Translations under genes and position numbers: made by a program | The notes under the pieces: generated by a model | The model's input: the letters and a program-made list of their open reading frames with translations, nothing else | Told to the model about the DNA's origin: nothing | Database searches by the model: none | Shown here: one piece after another, positions 1 through 13,070 of the stretch | How positions within the stretch are numbered: the first letter of the stretch is position 1 | How the letters are laid out: each line of letters opens with the position of its first letter | Origin: Chlorokybus atmophyticus | Taxonomy: Eukaryota > Plantae > Mesostigma and Chlorokybus algae | DNA length: 64,000 bases | Assembly (NCBI GenBank): GCA_009103225.1 | Contig: RHPI01000249.1 | Coordinates: forward strand, 184,348 to 248,347 | Direction of reading: 5' to 3'

Positions 1-3000
1 CCTCCCCTCCCGGCGAGCTCCTCCCCCCCGCCCCCCACGTGTTGATGGTCTCCCGTCCCGCCCTCGCCTCGTCCTCCACCAACGCCACAATCCAGTTCGA
101 CGGCGTGGCGCCGCCCAACGCGGGAGGGGAGGCGTGTCTGGGGTGCTCGTTTCAGTGCCAGCTGGATGATGGGAGTGTGATCAGTTGTGGAAATGGGGAA
201 ACAATCGCCATCACCAACCTCACGGATGGGTGGCATGTGTTTACGGTGAGGGCGTACAATGCGATGGGGACTACGGCGAGCTACAACATCACGTGGCTTG
301 TGGGTACGTACCCCACATGAAATAGAGCATGTTACTTGACTTTGGGTGTATTGGGTTTTGCACATACAATCCAACATACAACCCAACATACTGCAACCCA
401 ACATACCCAACATAACATAATTATGCTCAGGACTACAACTACGACTATCACACACAGACACATATATGTGTATGTGCACAAACAACATGACCATGCTATA
501 CCTATCCACACGCAGATACAACGCCGCCGAAGGTGTTGTTGGAAGCCACCCCCTCGCACACCAACACAAGCGTGTCCACATTGTCGCTATCCTTCAGCGA
601 GCCTTGCTACGCTGTCGGCAGCAGCGGGGCCGAGATCACCCCACATGTTGTTGTCATAACCGGCAACGCCAGCGCATACAACACTGGGTTCAAAGTCCTC
701 ACAAAGGGTGAGAAGTACTCTCTCCCTATACTCTTTGCATCAGAGGGCTTTGCTGGGGCAATGTTGCCCGCGGGCGTGTGCGCGGATATCGCCGGCAACC
801 TGAACAACGCGTCGGATATGATCACCTTCGAGTACGATGTCACCCCGCCGCTTGTTGCGTTGGGTCTTGTGGGAGATTATCCCGAGAGTGCGGTCGGGGA
901 TTATGGGCTCGTGCACACGCGTGAAGCAACGTTGAGCTTTGCTGTGACGCTGTCGGAAGAGGTGAAGGAGATCAGTGAGCAGAGTTTCCAGCTTACGAAC
1001 GCACAGATGCTGAGCTTTGCACCCGGGAACTCATCACTGGAAACGACATTACAGGTATGTGTGTATGTGCGCGTATGTGCAATTCGTACGGAGTGGTTGA
1101 GACTCTCATCTCATGTGGCAGGTTCAGCCGCTGCAAGACGGGCTCATCATTGTGCGCATCCTCCCTGGCCAACTGTTTGACCTTGCGGGCAACCCCAACA
1201 ACAAGACCTTCGCTGCGGGGGCCGTGTACGGTAAGCCGCACTCCAACCACAATCAACAGTCTCCTCGTACACTCCTGTATGGCATTAGTATCACCAGCAT
1301 TGAGCACTACACTACGCAACTGCAAACCACGCTACTCGATGGCACACAATGCCATCTATACACGCACACGCAGTTACGTTGTGTACATCCCTCTCCAAAC
1401 AAGCAAGCCCTCAACACACCCACATACATCCTCTCCTTTTGCAGACACGACCCCTCCTACGGTTTCGGTTTCCAGCACAGCGGGCCGTCTCAAGACCACC
1501 GACCCCGACCTCGGCTTCTTCGTCACCTTCTCTGAGCCCGTCGTTGGTTTCGGCCTGCCGCAAGTCAACCTCACTCTCGCGGGCAACGTGACGGGCTTCT
1601 TCGCTGCGGACGACGCCGGGTACGGGCTGCGCGTGTCCGCCGAGGCGGAGGAGACGGTCGGGGTGTACGTCCCGCCCGGGGTGTGCGGAGATAGGGCCGG
1701 CAACGTGAATGTGGAGAGCAACAACGCGACGGTCACGACATGTGAGGGAGTGTGTGTGTATGTGCGTGCATGTGCGTGTATGTGTGGCGCTGACCGGAGC
1801 GAGTTGTGCCCAGATGTGGTGTCTGCTGCAGCTTCTGCTGCGGTCAATGCTGCTTCGACAACAGTTGCAGCAACAGTGAGTTGGACGTACATATGCACAC
1901 GCTTGTGCTTACAGATGCACACACGAGCCTGTACACACGCATATGCATTGTCAAGCAATTGTACGCTCATGCCCGCACACATACTCCGTGACATGCACAC
2001 AACCCTCCCCCTCCCCCACGCAATGCACGCACGCGCACACACGCACGTGCATGCACACGTAGCTTAGTTCAGTCACTGGTTGTCCCCTTCCCTTCTTCCA
2101 CAATACTACACACGCTTCCCAACCTTGACATTTGGCGCAACAGGTGGCTGCTGCAGCTGCTGCGGCTGCCGCTGGTGCAGTCGCGGGTGGTGCAGGAGGC
2201 GGCGCTGCAGGTGAGAGCAATAGTGATTGCGAATATGTCACACTGCATGAGTGGCAAGTTGGGTTCATACGATGCTTGCGCAGGGGGTGGTGCGGGTGGC
2301 GGCGCCAGTGGCGGTGCGGCTGCCGGAGGCGGTGCGGGCGGGGGTGCTATGATGGTGAGTGTGTGGGACTTTGTGGTGTCATGCGCAAACACATATACGC
2401 GCAAAGATGCACACATGCGCACGCACTTGCACACCTACAAAAACGCACAAACGGACGCAGTCAGACACGCACGCGCATGCGCTCGCACGTACGCATGCAT
2501 ACATGGGCATGCATGCAGGCCCACAAACTTACACGCGCACACAGACACTCATACACACAACTTTGCCAGGGTATGGCGGCCCACTTGCAAGGCTTTGCTA
2601 TGAGCAGCAACATGGCCGTAGACCTCCCGACAAACTACCAGTCCATCTCAAGTGGTACGCTTGTGTACTTTCTTCACGATCACCCAAGTTGGTTGTCGTC
2701 CCCACAAACGCACAAACACACGCAATCGCACAGGCCTCGGGTGGGTCAACTTCGACATGGCTCTCCCGTTCGGAAGCAGCGCCAAAACAGCACCCAACGG
2801 CACGTTCAATGCCACGGAGCAAGCGGGAGTGAACGCCACGGCCACTGTCAACACAACTGTGGAGGTGTGCTCGTGTGTGCGCGTGCGTGTGTATGTGTGT
2901 GTGTGGCATTGACTCATGCTTCTCAGAGTGGTGGGCGGAGGCGGCTTCTGAGTGTCCCGCACTACGACCTCCGTGACGTGCCGGTCCCCGTGGGCCTCAC

Positions 3001-4515
3001 TCCAACTTATACGCGCAGACACACCATGCGCCACCTGCTGCAAGTGAGTGGGTACATAGGGTAACATTGTTAGTCGAGTCATTCACGCAGCCACTCCTTG
3101 AAATGGGTATATGCGCGTACACACACGCACACTGCAAATGTGCGTGTACGTGCATGTGCATGCATGCATGCGCGTGCGTGCGTGTGAGTATGAATGTGTG
3201 CTTTCTCACACGCATTGCCACAACAGTCGAGCGGCAACCAGTTCGACGACAAAGCCTCGGCACTCGCCAGCAGCAACTTCGTCCTCGTATCCGACAAAGT
3301 AAGACACCACACCCCCAAACCACGCACACGCACACGCACACGCACACGCACCCACCCANNNNNNNNNNNNNNNNNNNNNNNNNNNNNNNNNNNNNNNNNN
3401 NNNNNNNNNNNNNNNNNNNNNNNNNNNNNNNNNNNNNNNNNNNNNNNNNNNNNNNNNNNNNNNNNNNNNNNNNNNNNNNNNNNNNNNNNNNNNNNNNNNN
3501 NNNNNNNNNNNNNNNNNNNNNNNNNNNNNNNNNNNNNNNNNNNNNNNNNNNNNNNNNNNNNNNNNNNNNNNNNNNNNNNNNNNNNNNNNNNNNNNNNNNN
3601 NNNNNNNNNNNNNNNNNNNNNNNNNNNNNNNNNNNNNNNNNNNNNNNNNNNNNNNNNNNNNNNNNNNNNNNNNNNNNNNNNNNNNNNNNNNNNNNNNNNN
3701 NNNNNNNNNNNNNNNNNNNNNNNNNNNNNNNNNNNNNNNNNNNNNNNNNNNNNNNNNNNNNNNNNNNNNNNNNNNNNNNNNNNNNNNNNNNNNNNNNNNN
3801 NNNNNNNNNNNNNNNNNNNNNNNNNNNNNNNNNNNNNNNNNNNNNNNNNNNNNNNNNNNNNNNNNNNNNNNNNNNNNNNNNNNNNNNNNNNNNNNNNNNN
3901 NNNNNNNNNNNNNNNNNNNNNNNNNNNNNNNNNNNNNNNNNNNNNNNNNNNNNNNNNNNNNNNNNNNNNNNNNNNNNNNNNNNNNNNNNNNNNNNNNNNN
4001 NNNNNNNNNNNNNNNNNNNNNNNNNNNNNNNNNNNNNNNNNNNNNNNNNNNNNNNNNNNNNNNNNNNNNNNNNNNNNNNNNNNNNNNNNNNNNNNNNNNN
4101 NNNNNNNNNNNNNNNNNNNNNNNNNNNNNNNCTCGTCATGGGCGGCGCCGCTGCCTTCCACTTCTCCATCATATGGGCGTGGGGGAGATACGCGTCGGCA
4201 GACAAGCCGCTGCCGGGCATCATGATGTTCCCGAGGATCGAGTTGTTCTTGTTGATGCTCGGGTTGACGGGAGTGACGCAGGCGTGCGTGACGGTGATTA
4301 GAGGTGAGTGGGCGGGTGGGTGCGTGGGGGTGGGGGTGGGTTGATTGTTGAAACTCATGTACTCTCTCTTGTTAGGTCGGTCGGCTGCGGGTAAGGCTAT
4401 TGGTGTGATCATCCTGACGTTCTATCCTCTGGCGTTCCTGGTGTTCACCGCGCTGTTCATCTGGCGGCAAGTGCTTCATGGCGAGCGCGCCCGATTCGTC
4501 CTTGAAGGCAAGCAG

Positions 4516-4574
<59 letters not shown>

Positions 4575-7500
4575 TGCGTGTGCTGCTGCATGTGCACGCT
4601 TGCATGCGTATACATGACTCCAAGTGTGCATGCGCGCGGCGATGTGTGCGTATGGGTGTGTGCACACACGCACACATCTGCGTGTGTGTGGGCGTGCGTA
4701 GGTGCGTGCATGTATGTGTTTTGTATGTTTCACAGAAGCCATGTGCTGTCGTAACATACACTTACCCTTCACAGAGGACAAGAGTTCCGAGCACTCCTTC
4801 AAGCAGCGCATCCTCCGCGCGCTCTTCGGCAAGCGCTACAAGGCCGACTGGGCTGTCGTCGAGGGCAGTAACAGCAAGAAAGAGGACGACAGCTTCATCG
4901 ACCGATACGGCGTGCTGTTCGCGGACTTTATCGGACCCGTCTGTATCAAAGAGGCAGTGCCGGGTGCAAACAACAATGGCAACGGCAACGCGCCGGGCCA
5001 GCTACCTGCAACTGATGTGTAAGTTGGGTGGGCTATGACGAGTGTCACGGTGTTGGTGGTGTGGTATGCGTGGTGGCTGACCTTTGGTCATGTGTGTATG
5101 TGTACTTGTGTGCAGTGTGCAGACGCCTGGCACGTATGGATGGGGTACACACGCACCCACTGCCGACAACAGCAATGACAGCATCAAAGTCAGCAACAAC
5201 ACCAACGCCAACGCCAACGCCAACAACAACAGCGAGGAGGGCAGCAAAACACTACCTGTGGAAGAGGAGAGCAGTGCTGAGAAGGTTGAGGGCGATGACG
5301 CGCCCTCGGACAAACTTGCAGCGCATCCAGTAGACCCTACTCCTGGACATTCACCATCAAAAGAGAAGCAGGACATCGACAACAACAGTGTACAGGACAA
5401 CAGCTCCGACATCTCAGATGCCAAGGGTGTCTCAGATACCCAGCTTGTCTCAAGTACGCAGAGTGTCCCATCAAATACCCACGGTGTCTCAAACACCGTT
5501 GGTGTCGCACATAGCCAGGTTATTCCAGATACCCAGGGCGTCCCAGACACCAAAGGTGACTCAGATACGCAGAGTGTCTCATCAGATACCCGCGGTGTCT
5601 CAAATACCTTTGGTATCACACATAGCCAGGGTGTTCCAGATTCACAGGGTATCTTAGATACCCAGGGCGTCCCAGACACCAATGGTGTCTCAGATACGCA
5701 GATTACCTCAGATAGTCAGGGTGACCCCAGCAGCAACACGCAAGAAGATACCAATGCGGGCGTGTCCACGGGATTCAGTTACGGCCTCAAACCCATGCAA
5801 GCAGGAGTGGTGGCACCGTTCAAACCCGCTCCTCGCGCCAACACAGCAGGTATGTTGGTGGGGTTCAAAGGCATTACGCTTATCACATGACAGTGTCATG
5901 TATACCGATCAAGTTTGCGTGTGTGTATGCGAGTGCGTGTGTGCTTGCATAGTGTGTGTGCATGCATGTGTTGGCACATAGGCGCGCGCGCACGTGCACG
6001 TGCCAACATATACACACCAACACACACACACACCTGCAGCGGACAACATGATTACCGTGCGGACCAAGGACGGCGGGTACCAAGTCCGTCCCAAGGACCA
6101 GGCTCGCGTGGAGTACCACTATGCTCGCACGTACTACATCGCGTTGGACATCCTCAAGCGCATCATCACGGGGGTCCTCATGGGCGCGTACGGGGGCGCA
6201 TCACAACAAGGATGGAGTCAGATCGGATTCCTACTCGGGTTCACAACGTTCCAGTGGATATATCTCATATCCTTGAAACCATTCATTGATCGCATCACAC
6301 AGGCAAGCAGTGGTTAACAATATCAATGATGTTCACACGCACACACACTTACATGCATGCACAGGCGGTGGAGACGCTGTCGATGGCGTGCGATCTCGGG
6401 ACGTACTTGTGTTCGATGCTGCTTCTAGCAAGAGGGCACATTGACGTGAATGAGAACGATATCGGCGCGGCTATGCTCGGGCTTCAGGGCGGCTCGCTCA
6501 CCATACAGATCTTCGCCATGTGCGTACGCGCATGAGTGCATTGTCTGTGCATCTGTTTTACAACGACAAGCACACGCACATGCATCGAAGGTCATGTGGC
6601 TAACTATACGTACCTTTGTTGCCTTTGTGCGCAGGTGGTATGCTTTGTACCTGCAGCTGTCGGACTTGGTGCCTGCGCTGTTTCAGTCAGCAAAAGAAAG
6701 CCGTCGGGTACGACATACTCACTTCATGCTTTTGATGTTGCTTACTGCGCTAGCATGAGGTGTTTACCATCTACACTCGTGTACGCTTCTGTTGATGAGT
6801 GTTTTGGAACATTGTGCCCAGGTGCGCAAAGTGGTTAAGGCACTCATGCCAAAAGCCCTCAAAGAGTACCTGGAAAAGGACCGGAAGGTGCGTGTATAAG
6901 CCAACGCTTAACCACACCAGAGAGTGCAGCCACCAATAGCATCAATCCATACAGCTTAGCAGCTGCTGTGATGTGACTGTAACTGTAACAACACCCCATC
7001 ATACCGCTACTGCACTAACAAACACACCCACATATGCATGCATATACACGCGTACATACATTAACAAGAGCTGCCTGTGTCAGGCTCGGCTGTTGGCCGA
7101 GAGCACAAAAGTTATAGCACCACCACCAGCAGCTGCGCTAGGAGTCACCGACATCACCCTCCCGCGCATGGACCAGATTGTGCCTTACGGCATCGAGCAG
7201 GTGTGATACTTTACACATGCACACATTACCCACAGGCACAACACTAACCATCACTTGTGTACAGCTGCCGGCAATATCCACCCACGCGGGAGGTGAAATA
7301 TCAGACCCCTCGCAAGCATCGATAGCGCAGCCCGCTTCGAAGTATATCGCCTCGCATCCAGTGGAGGGAACGCCTCGATCGTCCGCTCGATTGCACTTGG
7401 AAGAGTCGATATCACCCATGGGTGTGGGGATTGACCTCGATGACGGGGGGGGTGATAGAGACGCCACCAAAGATATCAAGGGTACCCAAGATATAAGAGA

Positions 7501-7603
7501 TGTGAGCGATGGTGATATCGTCAGTCCACTCGACGTCATGCTTGATACACATGCGGAGGTCTTGCCAGCGAGGCCGAGGTCCCGAAGACGCAGTGCAACT
7601 TTG
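1..7603 (+). CDS. Multi-exon gene (5' end upstream of window; 3' end probably in or after the 7629-7990 gap): extracellular bacterial-Ig-like repeats followed by a TRP/PKD2-like multi-pass membrane domain
   Basis: Spliced reading: exon to 303 (CSFQCQLDDG...HVFTVRAYN...YNITWLV), 516-1053 (DTTPPKVLL...LSFSEPC...CADIAGN...YDVTPP), 1121-1230, 1445-1741 (DTTPPTVSV...VTFSEPVVGF...CGDRAGN). An Ala/Gly-rich helix and hydrophobic exons follow (LPGIMMFPRIELF, RYGVLFADFIGP, YYIALDILKRIITG, LKPFIDR). From memory it resembles the land-plant AT3G48200-like family; this needs HMM/BLAST confirmation. Confidence 0.8.
3359..4131. other. Assembly gap (Ns) inside gene 1
   Basis: Run of N; the left flank is a CA/CGCA microsatellite. 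Confidence 0.99.
5412..5745 (+). repeat. Coding tandem repeat: 18-bp unit (about QGVPDT/QGVSDT) organised as a 111-bp higher-order repeat
   Basis: ACGCAG anchors recur at 5456, 5567 and 5696 (spacing 111 and 129 = 111+18). Translation in ORF 5084..5890 gives repeated DTQGVPDT / DTQSVSS(N/D)T. Confidence 0.9.
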
Positions 7604-7628
7604 TGAGTTGAAGTGTGTTAGGGGTGGG

Positions 7629-7990
7629 NNNNNNNNNNNNNNNNNNNNNNNNNNNNNNNNNNNNNNNNNNNNNNNNNNNNNNNNNNNNNNNNNNNNNNNN
7701 NNNNNNNNNNNNNNNNNNNNNNNNNNNNNNNNNNNNNNNNNNNNNNNNNNNNNNNNNNNNNNNNNNNNNNNNNNNNNNNNNNNNNNNNNNNNNNNNNNNN
7801 NNNNNNNNNNNNNNNNNNNNNNNNNNNNNNNNNNNNNNNNNNNNNNNNNNNNNNNNNNNNNNNNNNNNNNNNNNNNNNNNNNNNNNNNNNNNNNNNNNNN
7901 NNNNNNNNNNNNNNNNNNNNNNNNNNNNNNNNNNNNNNNNNNNNNNNNNNNNNNNNNNNNNNNNNNNNNNNNNNNNNNNNNNNNNNNNNN
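7629..7990. other. Assembly gap (Ns)
   Basis: Run of N flanked by G-rich tracts on both sides. Confidence 0.99.
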
Positions 7991-8451
7991 GGGGGGGGTA
8001 GTTCTGTATTTGTTGCGTGCGTGTGGGCCCAACAAAATGGGTGTGCACATTCTCATGCACACGCGAAAAGCGCGCCAAACTATATGTTGTTTGTATGCTG
8101 GTAGGTGTACTAATGTGTACTTCTATATTGACATAGATTGGATAGAGATCAGACCACAAACATATATAATATCAAGCAGCAACTCTAGCGATTGCCTGCA
8201 TTGCCTGCGATAATGGACTATGTCCATATCGGGCACGCGAGCATGATGTGGATGCGTGCGCATGTGCGAGAGTGTGTGAGCGCGTGTACATGTGTGTGCC
8301 TAGGTGGGCACCAAAGCGAACATGTACGCTGTGTGCAGACAGTGCCACTTGTGTTGCGCAAAGGCGTGTCTCTTGAAAGGTTATGTTACATATGGCAGCT
8401 AAACGACCTCATTAACTGATGTGCGAACAACATTCCCCTTGAAGCACACTC

Positions 8452-9532
<1,081 letters not shown>

Positions 9533-10408
9533 TGCTGCTGCTTGTTTCACTGTTGCTCATTCTGAAGTTGTCGTCGTGTGTTGTAAACAGACACAATGAA
9601 GACAGATTATCAAATTGTCAAACACACATCCCCCACCCCACCCCCATGCATGCAGCAGCAGGACAGCACAACACTGTCGAGCTGCAGAGGCTTGCTTACA
9701 GCCCTCGGCCGCGCTGCTGCCGTCGTCGCCCGTCCGTCGTCCTCGTCGTCACGACAACACCCTCACGGCAAAAGAGAGACGCTCCGACCTTCCCGCCGCC
9801 GCCGCCGCCGCCGCTGCCAACAACAAGGACCCCAACAACCACCCCAACAACACCTATCACAGTGCATCTGATTGTCGCATGAGAGCGGATGCCCTGGCGC
9901 GAACTACGCCAATGCTCAGCAGCGCGCGTCACTGGTCCAACACCCACATTGTCATCATCCGCCACGTCAGCGTCATTGTCGTTGTGGTTGTGGGTGGCGG
10001 TAGTGGCGTTGAAGGGGGGCGAGTGCGGTGCGGCCTGTCATGGCGTCGTTGGCCGCCGCCTGCCTGGCCTGGGCGCCGCCGTCCAGGCTGCTGCATGCAG
10101 CGGCCGCAGGCGTGCATGCCGACAGACGGCAAGCGGCGGCGCTCACACGTGGAGTGAGAATGCATTTGCGTTCTACGTCATCTTGTCTCGCATAATGATA
10201 ATGTTGCTTCGTTACCGGTACTTGCTTGTGAAGTTTGTGTACGTTTCACTTGAAAGGAGTTGTCTGTTGCATGTGTGGTCGCCAGCTTTGCATGCATTTG
10301 GGTACTTGTCTTTTGTGCACGTGCCTCTGTGTGCGAGTGCGTGTGTGCATAAATAAGGTAGCATAGCGCTCACCATAATCACCAACAGCTGTTGGTCTGT
10401 TTGAGCAG

Positions 10409-12249
10409 CCAAAGACGATCTCAAGGAGACAACGACGGCATGTCATCACCACCGCGTCATCATCGCAAACTCCATCACCCCCCCAACAACTTGAGCAAAC
10501 CTGGTCCAACCCAACCGGCGCCGTCCTCACCGAACTCATCCCAGGCAAACACACACAACATACCACAATTAGCCCACATTCTACGTCCTCCCCCCCTCAA
10601 CACACACACACACACATCTCACCCTTCCCAGGCCAGTTGTGGGTTGCTGAGCGCCCCTTCGTCTGGGCCTCCATCGACGTCGGCGGCAAGACGGCGGTGG
10701 CGAGGTTGCGTGACGGGTCGCTGTTCGTGCACTCGCCGCTGGCGCTCGACGACGGACTCGAACGGGCGCTTGCGGGGATCGGACCCGTGCGGCACATCGT
10801 AGCGCCGAACTACGAACATAACGGGTGAGACGCGGATAGATATTGTGCGCGTGTGGGGGCGCCTGTCACGTGTACACATGCAGACAACAAGCGCTGTCAC
10901 GCATACGCATGCATATGCGCCTGCGCGGACCCACACATGCGTACACACGCGCACATGCTGCAACATGCAGGCAGGCAGGCACGCACACATACACACATGC
11001 ATGCATGCATGCATGCACGTGTTTGACATGCACACACAGGTATATACTGTATGCATGGTTGTGCATGTGAGTGTGTTGCGTACACACATGTATGCATGAG
11101 TGTGCGTGTGTGTACGTGCGTGTTTATCAAGTTTGCGCATGTGCGTACTTACTCATGCAGGTACCTACTGTACCGGTACCTGCATGTGTACTATTCCAAT
11201 GGATGTGTGCTCAACATCTCTGCACAGTGGCATTAGTAATCCAACGGATGTGTCTTTTAGGTTTGTGCAGCAATGGGTGGACGCTTACGGTCCGAGCGGG
11301 GCAAAGGCATACGGTAACACGCGCGCACGCACACACACGCACTGCTACGTGCTTGTTCAAGACTGTTCTCAACTATCGCAACACACTCACTGGCTGTTGT
11401 TTGGTCCTCAGCCTGCCCTGGTCTGGCGGAGAAGAAGCCTCAAATCAACTTCAGCGCCACGGTCGGCGAATCGCGCGCGCCCCCGGCCGAGTGGCAAGGC
11501 GACATCGAGCTCGAGTGGTTCAACTCCGAGCACAACCCGTTCACACGCACGCCCTTCTTCAACGAGGTGGGACGTTACGTTGTGAACTCTTGTTGTGTGA
11601 GAAGTATATGTCGATTGTGAGAGGTTCGCGTCCATTGTGAGCACGCACACACGCGTACATACTTGCAACACACTCACACATGCACACACATCTACCCGCA
11701 GGTTGTGTTTCTGCACAAGCCGTCCCGGACTCTGTTCACCGCAGATCTGTTCTGGTCCTATCCTGGCAACAACATCCCATCCCGCACGTGGCTATGGTCA
11801 GTGTGTGCTCAGATGGCTATCAACACACGTTGAGTGCGATTGTTTGATGCCTCAACCACCCCGCATGTGAACGCAAACCGACAGCTCATGCATGCTTGCA
11901 TTGCGTGTCTTGAGTAGGGGTTGTGTCAGTCATGTGCATCATAGCCTGGAGTTTGTTATCGAGACGCGTGCATGCTCGCACATGTATACAGGCGCACGCA
12001 CACGTGTATCTACGCACACACACGCGCACTCTGTTCCAAACCCGCACCTCCCGCTCATACAGGAAGCAGGGCATGGACCGTGTGTACCTCCCCTTCTACA
12101 AAAAGTTCATGATCACGCGGCCGGAACTGTTCAAAGACTCATTGGACCGCGTGTTGGCGTGGGATTGGGACGCTCTGCTGCCTTGCCACGGCAAGTTTGT
12201 GCCGACTGGAGGCAAACAGGCCCTGAAAGAGCATTACGGACTCTCATAG
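10409..12249 (+). CDS. DUF4336 family protein, probably organelle-targeted; true start lies upstream of 10409 and is unresolved
   Basis: Exons: GQLWVAERPFVWASIDVGGKTAVARLRDGSLFVHSPL...VRHIVAPNYEH; FVQQWVDAY; EWQGDIELEWF...PFFNE; VVFLHKPSRTLFTADLFWSYP; WDWDALLPCHG...LS*. These match the DUF4336 pattern as I recall it. Confidence 0.8.
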
Positions 12250-13070
12250 AGTGGACTGTTCAATCTCATATCTGATGTATATACGCGATTGGTACTTACG
12301 AATGCAAAGCTGTGTTGGCTTGTTATGGAAAGTTGTCTTATGACCACCTTGTTTGGGTGAAATGCAGTTAGGAATGCATGCGGGCAACGATGCACAATGG
12401 CTTTTTGTTGATATGCAGCGTAGCCTCAACTTGGGCCATGGTATCGTCCAAAGGTCTAGAGTATCAGGGTGTCATCCGGATGGCCTCACACTACACTCAC
12501 ATCAGTGAGCTGCGCCAGATACAGATACAGAATTTTCATGACAGATCCAAGGCAGATCACGTCTCCATCACCTTAAAATGGCACTTTCAAGGTGCCATGT
12601 GATGACTTTCAGCTTTTACCATGTGCTGTCAAGCAAGTGGGCAAGTTATGACAGCAAATACCATCCGTTCTCATGCAATATTGCCAGGTTACTGAATGAA
12701 TAACCAGATCAGTGCGTATTGTTTCAAGAAGGTATTGTTTCAAGAAGGTATTTCTGCGTGTTACCCATTGTTTTCAACCTCAGCTTGTGAACAGTTTTGA
12801 CACGTGTTTGCAGCATCAGTGACCAGCGCAAGGATATAACTCTGCACTCTGTCAAACCGCACAGCACCAAGACACTAGATGGAGGTAGGCATGGAGTCAG
12901 GCATGTGAGAATAAATAGCCTTGGTGGAAATTACAAAATATACAACGGTTTGAGGGAGCCGAGAGAATATTTCATCTCGCAGCTCGGCTCACGTGCAGCA
13001 GTGCTACAAAATCGGCTAAAATCGGGTTTGTTGTTCTCAAAACTGCCAGCAAAAGCGTGTGCGCATACCC

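Noticed and set aside
2997-4412. Long ORFs spanning N runs (also near 7412-8213, 22762-24266, 31661-32293)
   Set aside because: Their length comes from X codons in assembly gaps.
5002-5682. 226-aa minus-strand ORF with repeated GTPWVS/ETP motifs
   Set aside because: It is the antisense shadow of the coding repeat in gene 1; the plus-strand frame has splice sites linking it to the gene.
12716-12751. 16-bp tandem duplication GTATTGTTTCAAGAAG (a similar 16-bp one lies near 42335-42362)
   Set aside because: Short local slippage duplications with no spacers, termini or associated genes; not CRISPR-like and not informative.
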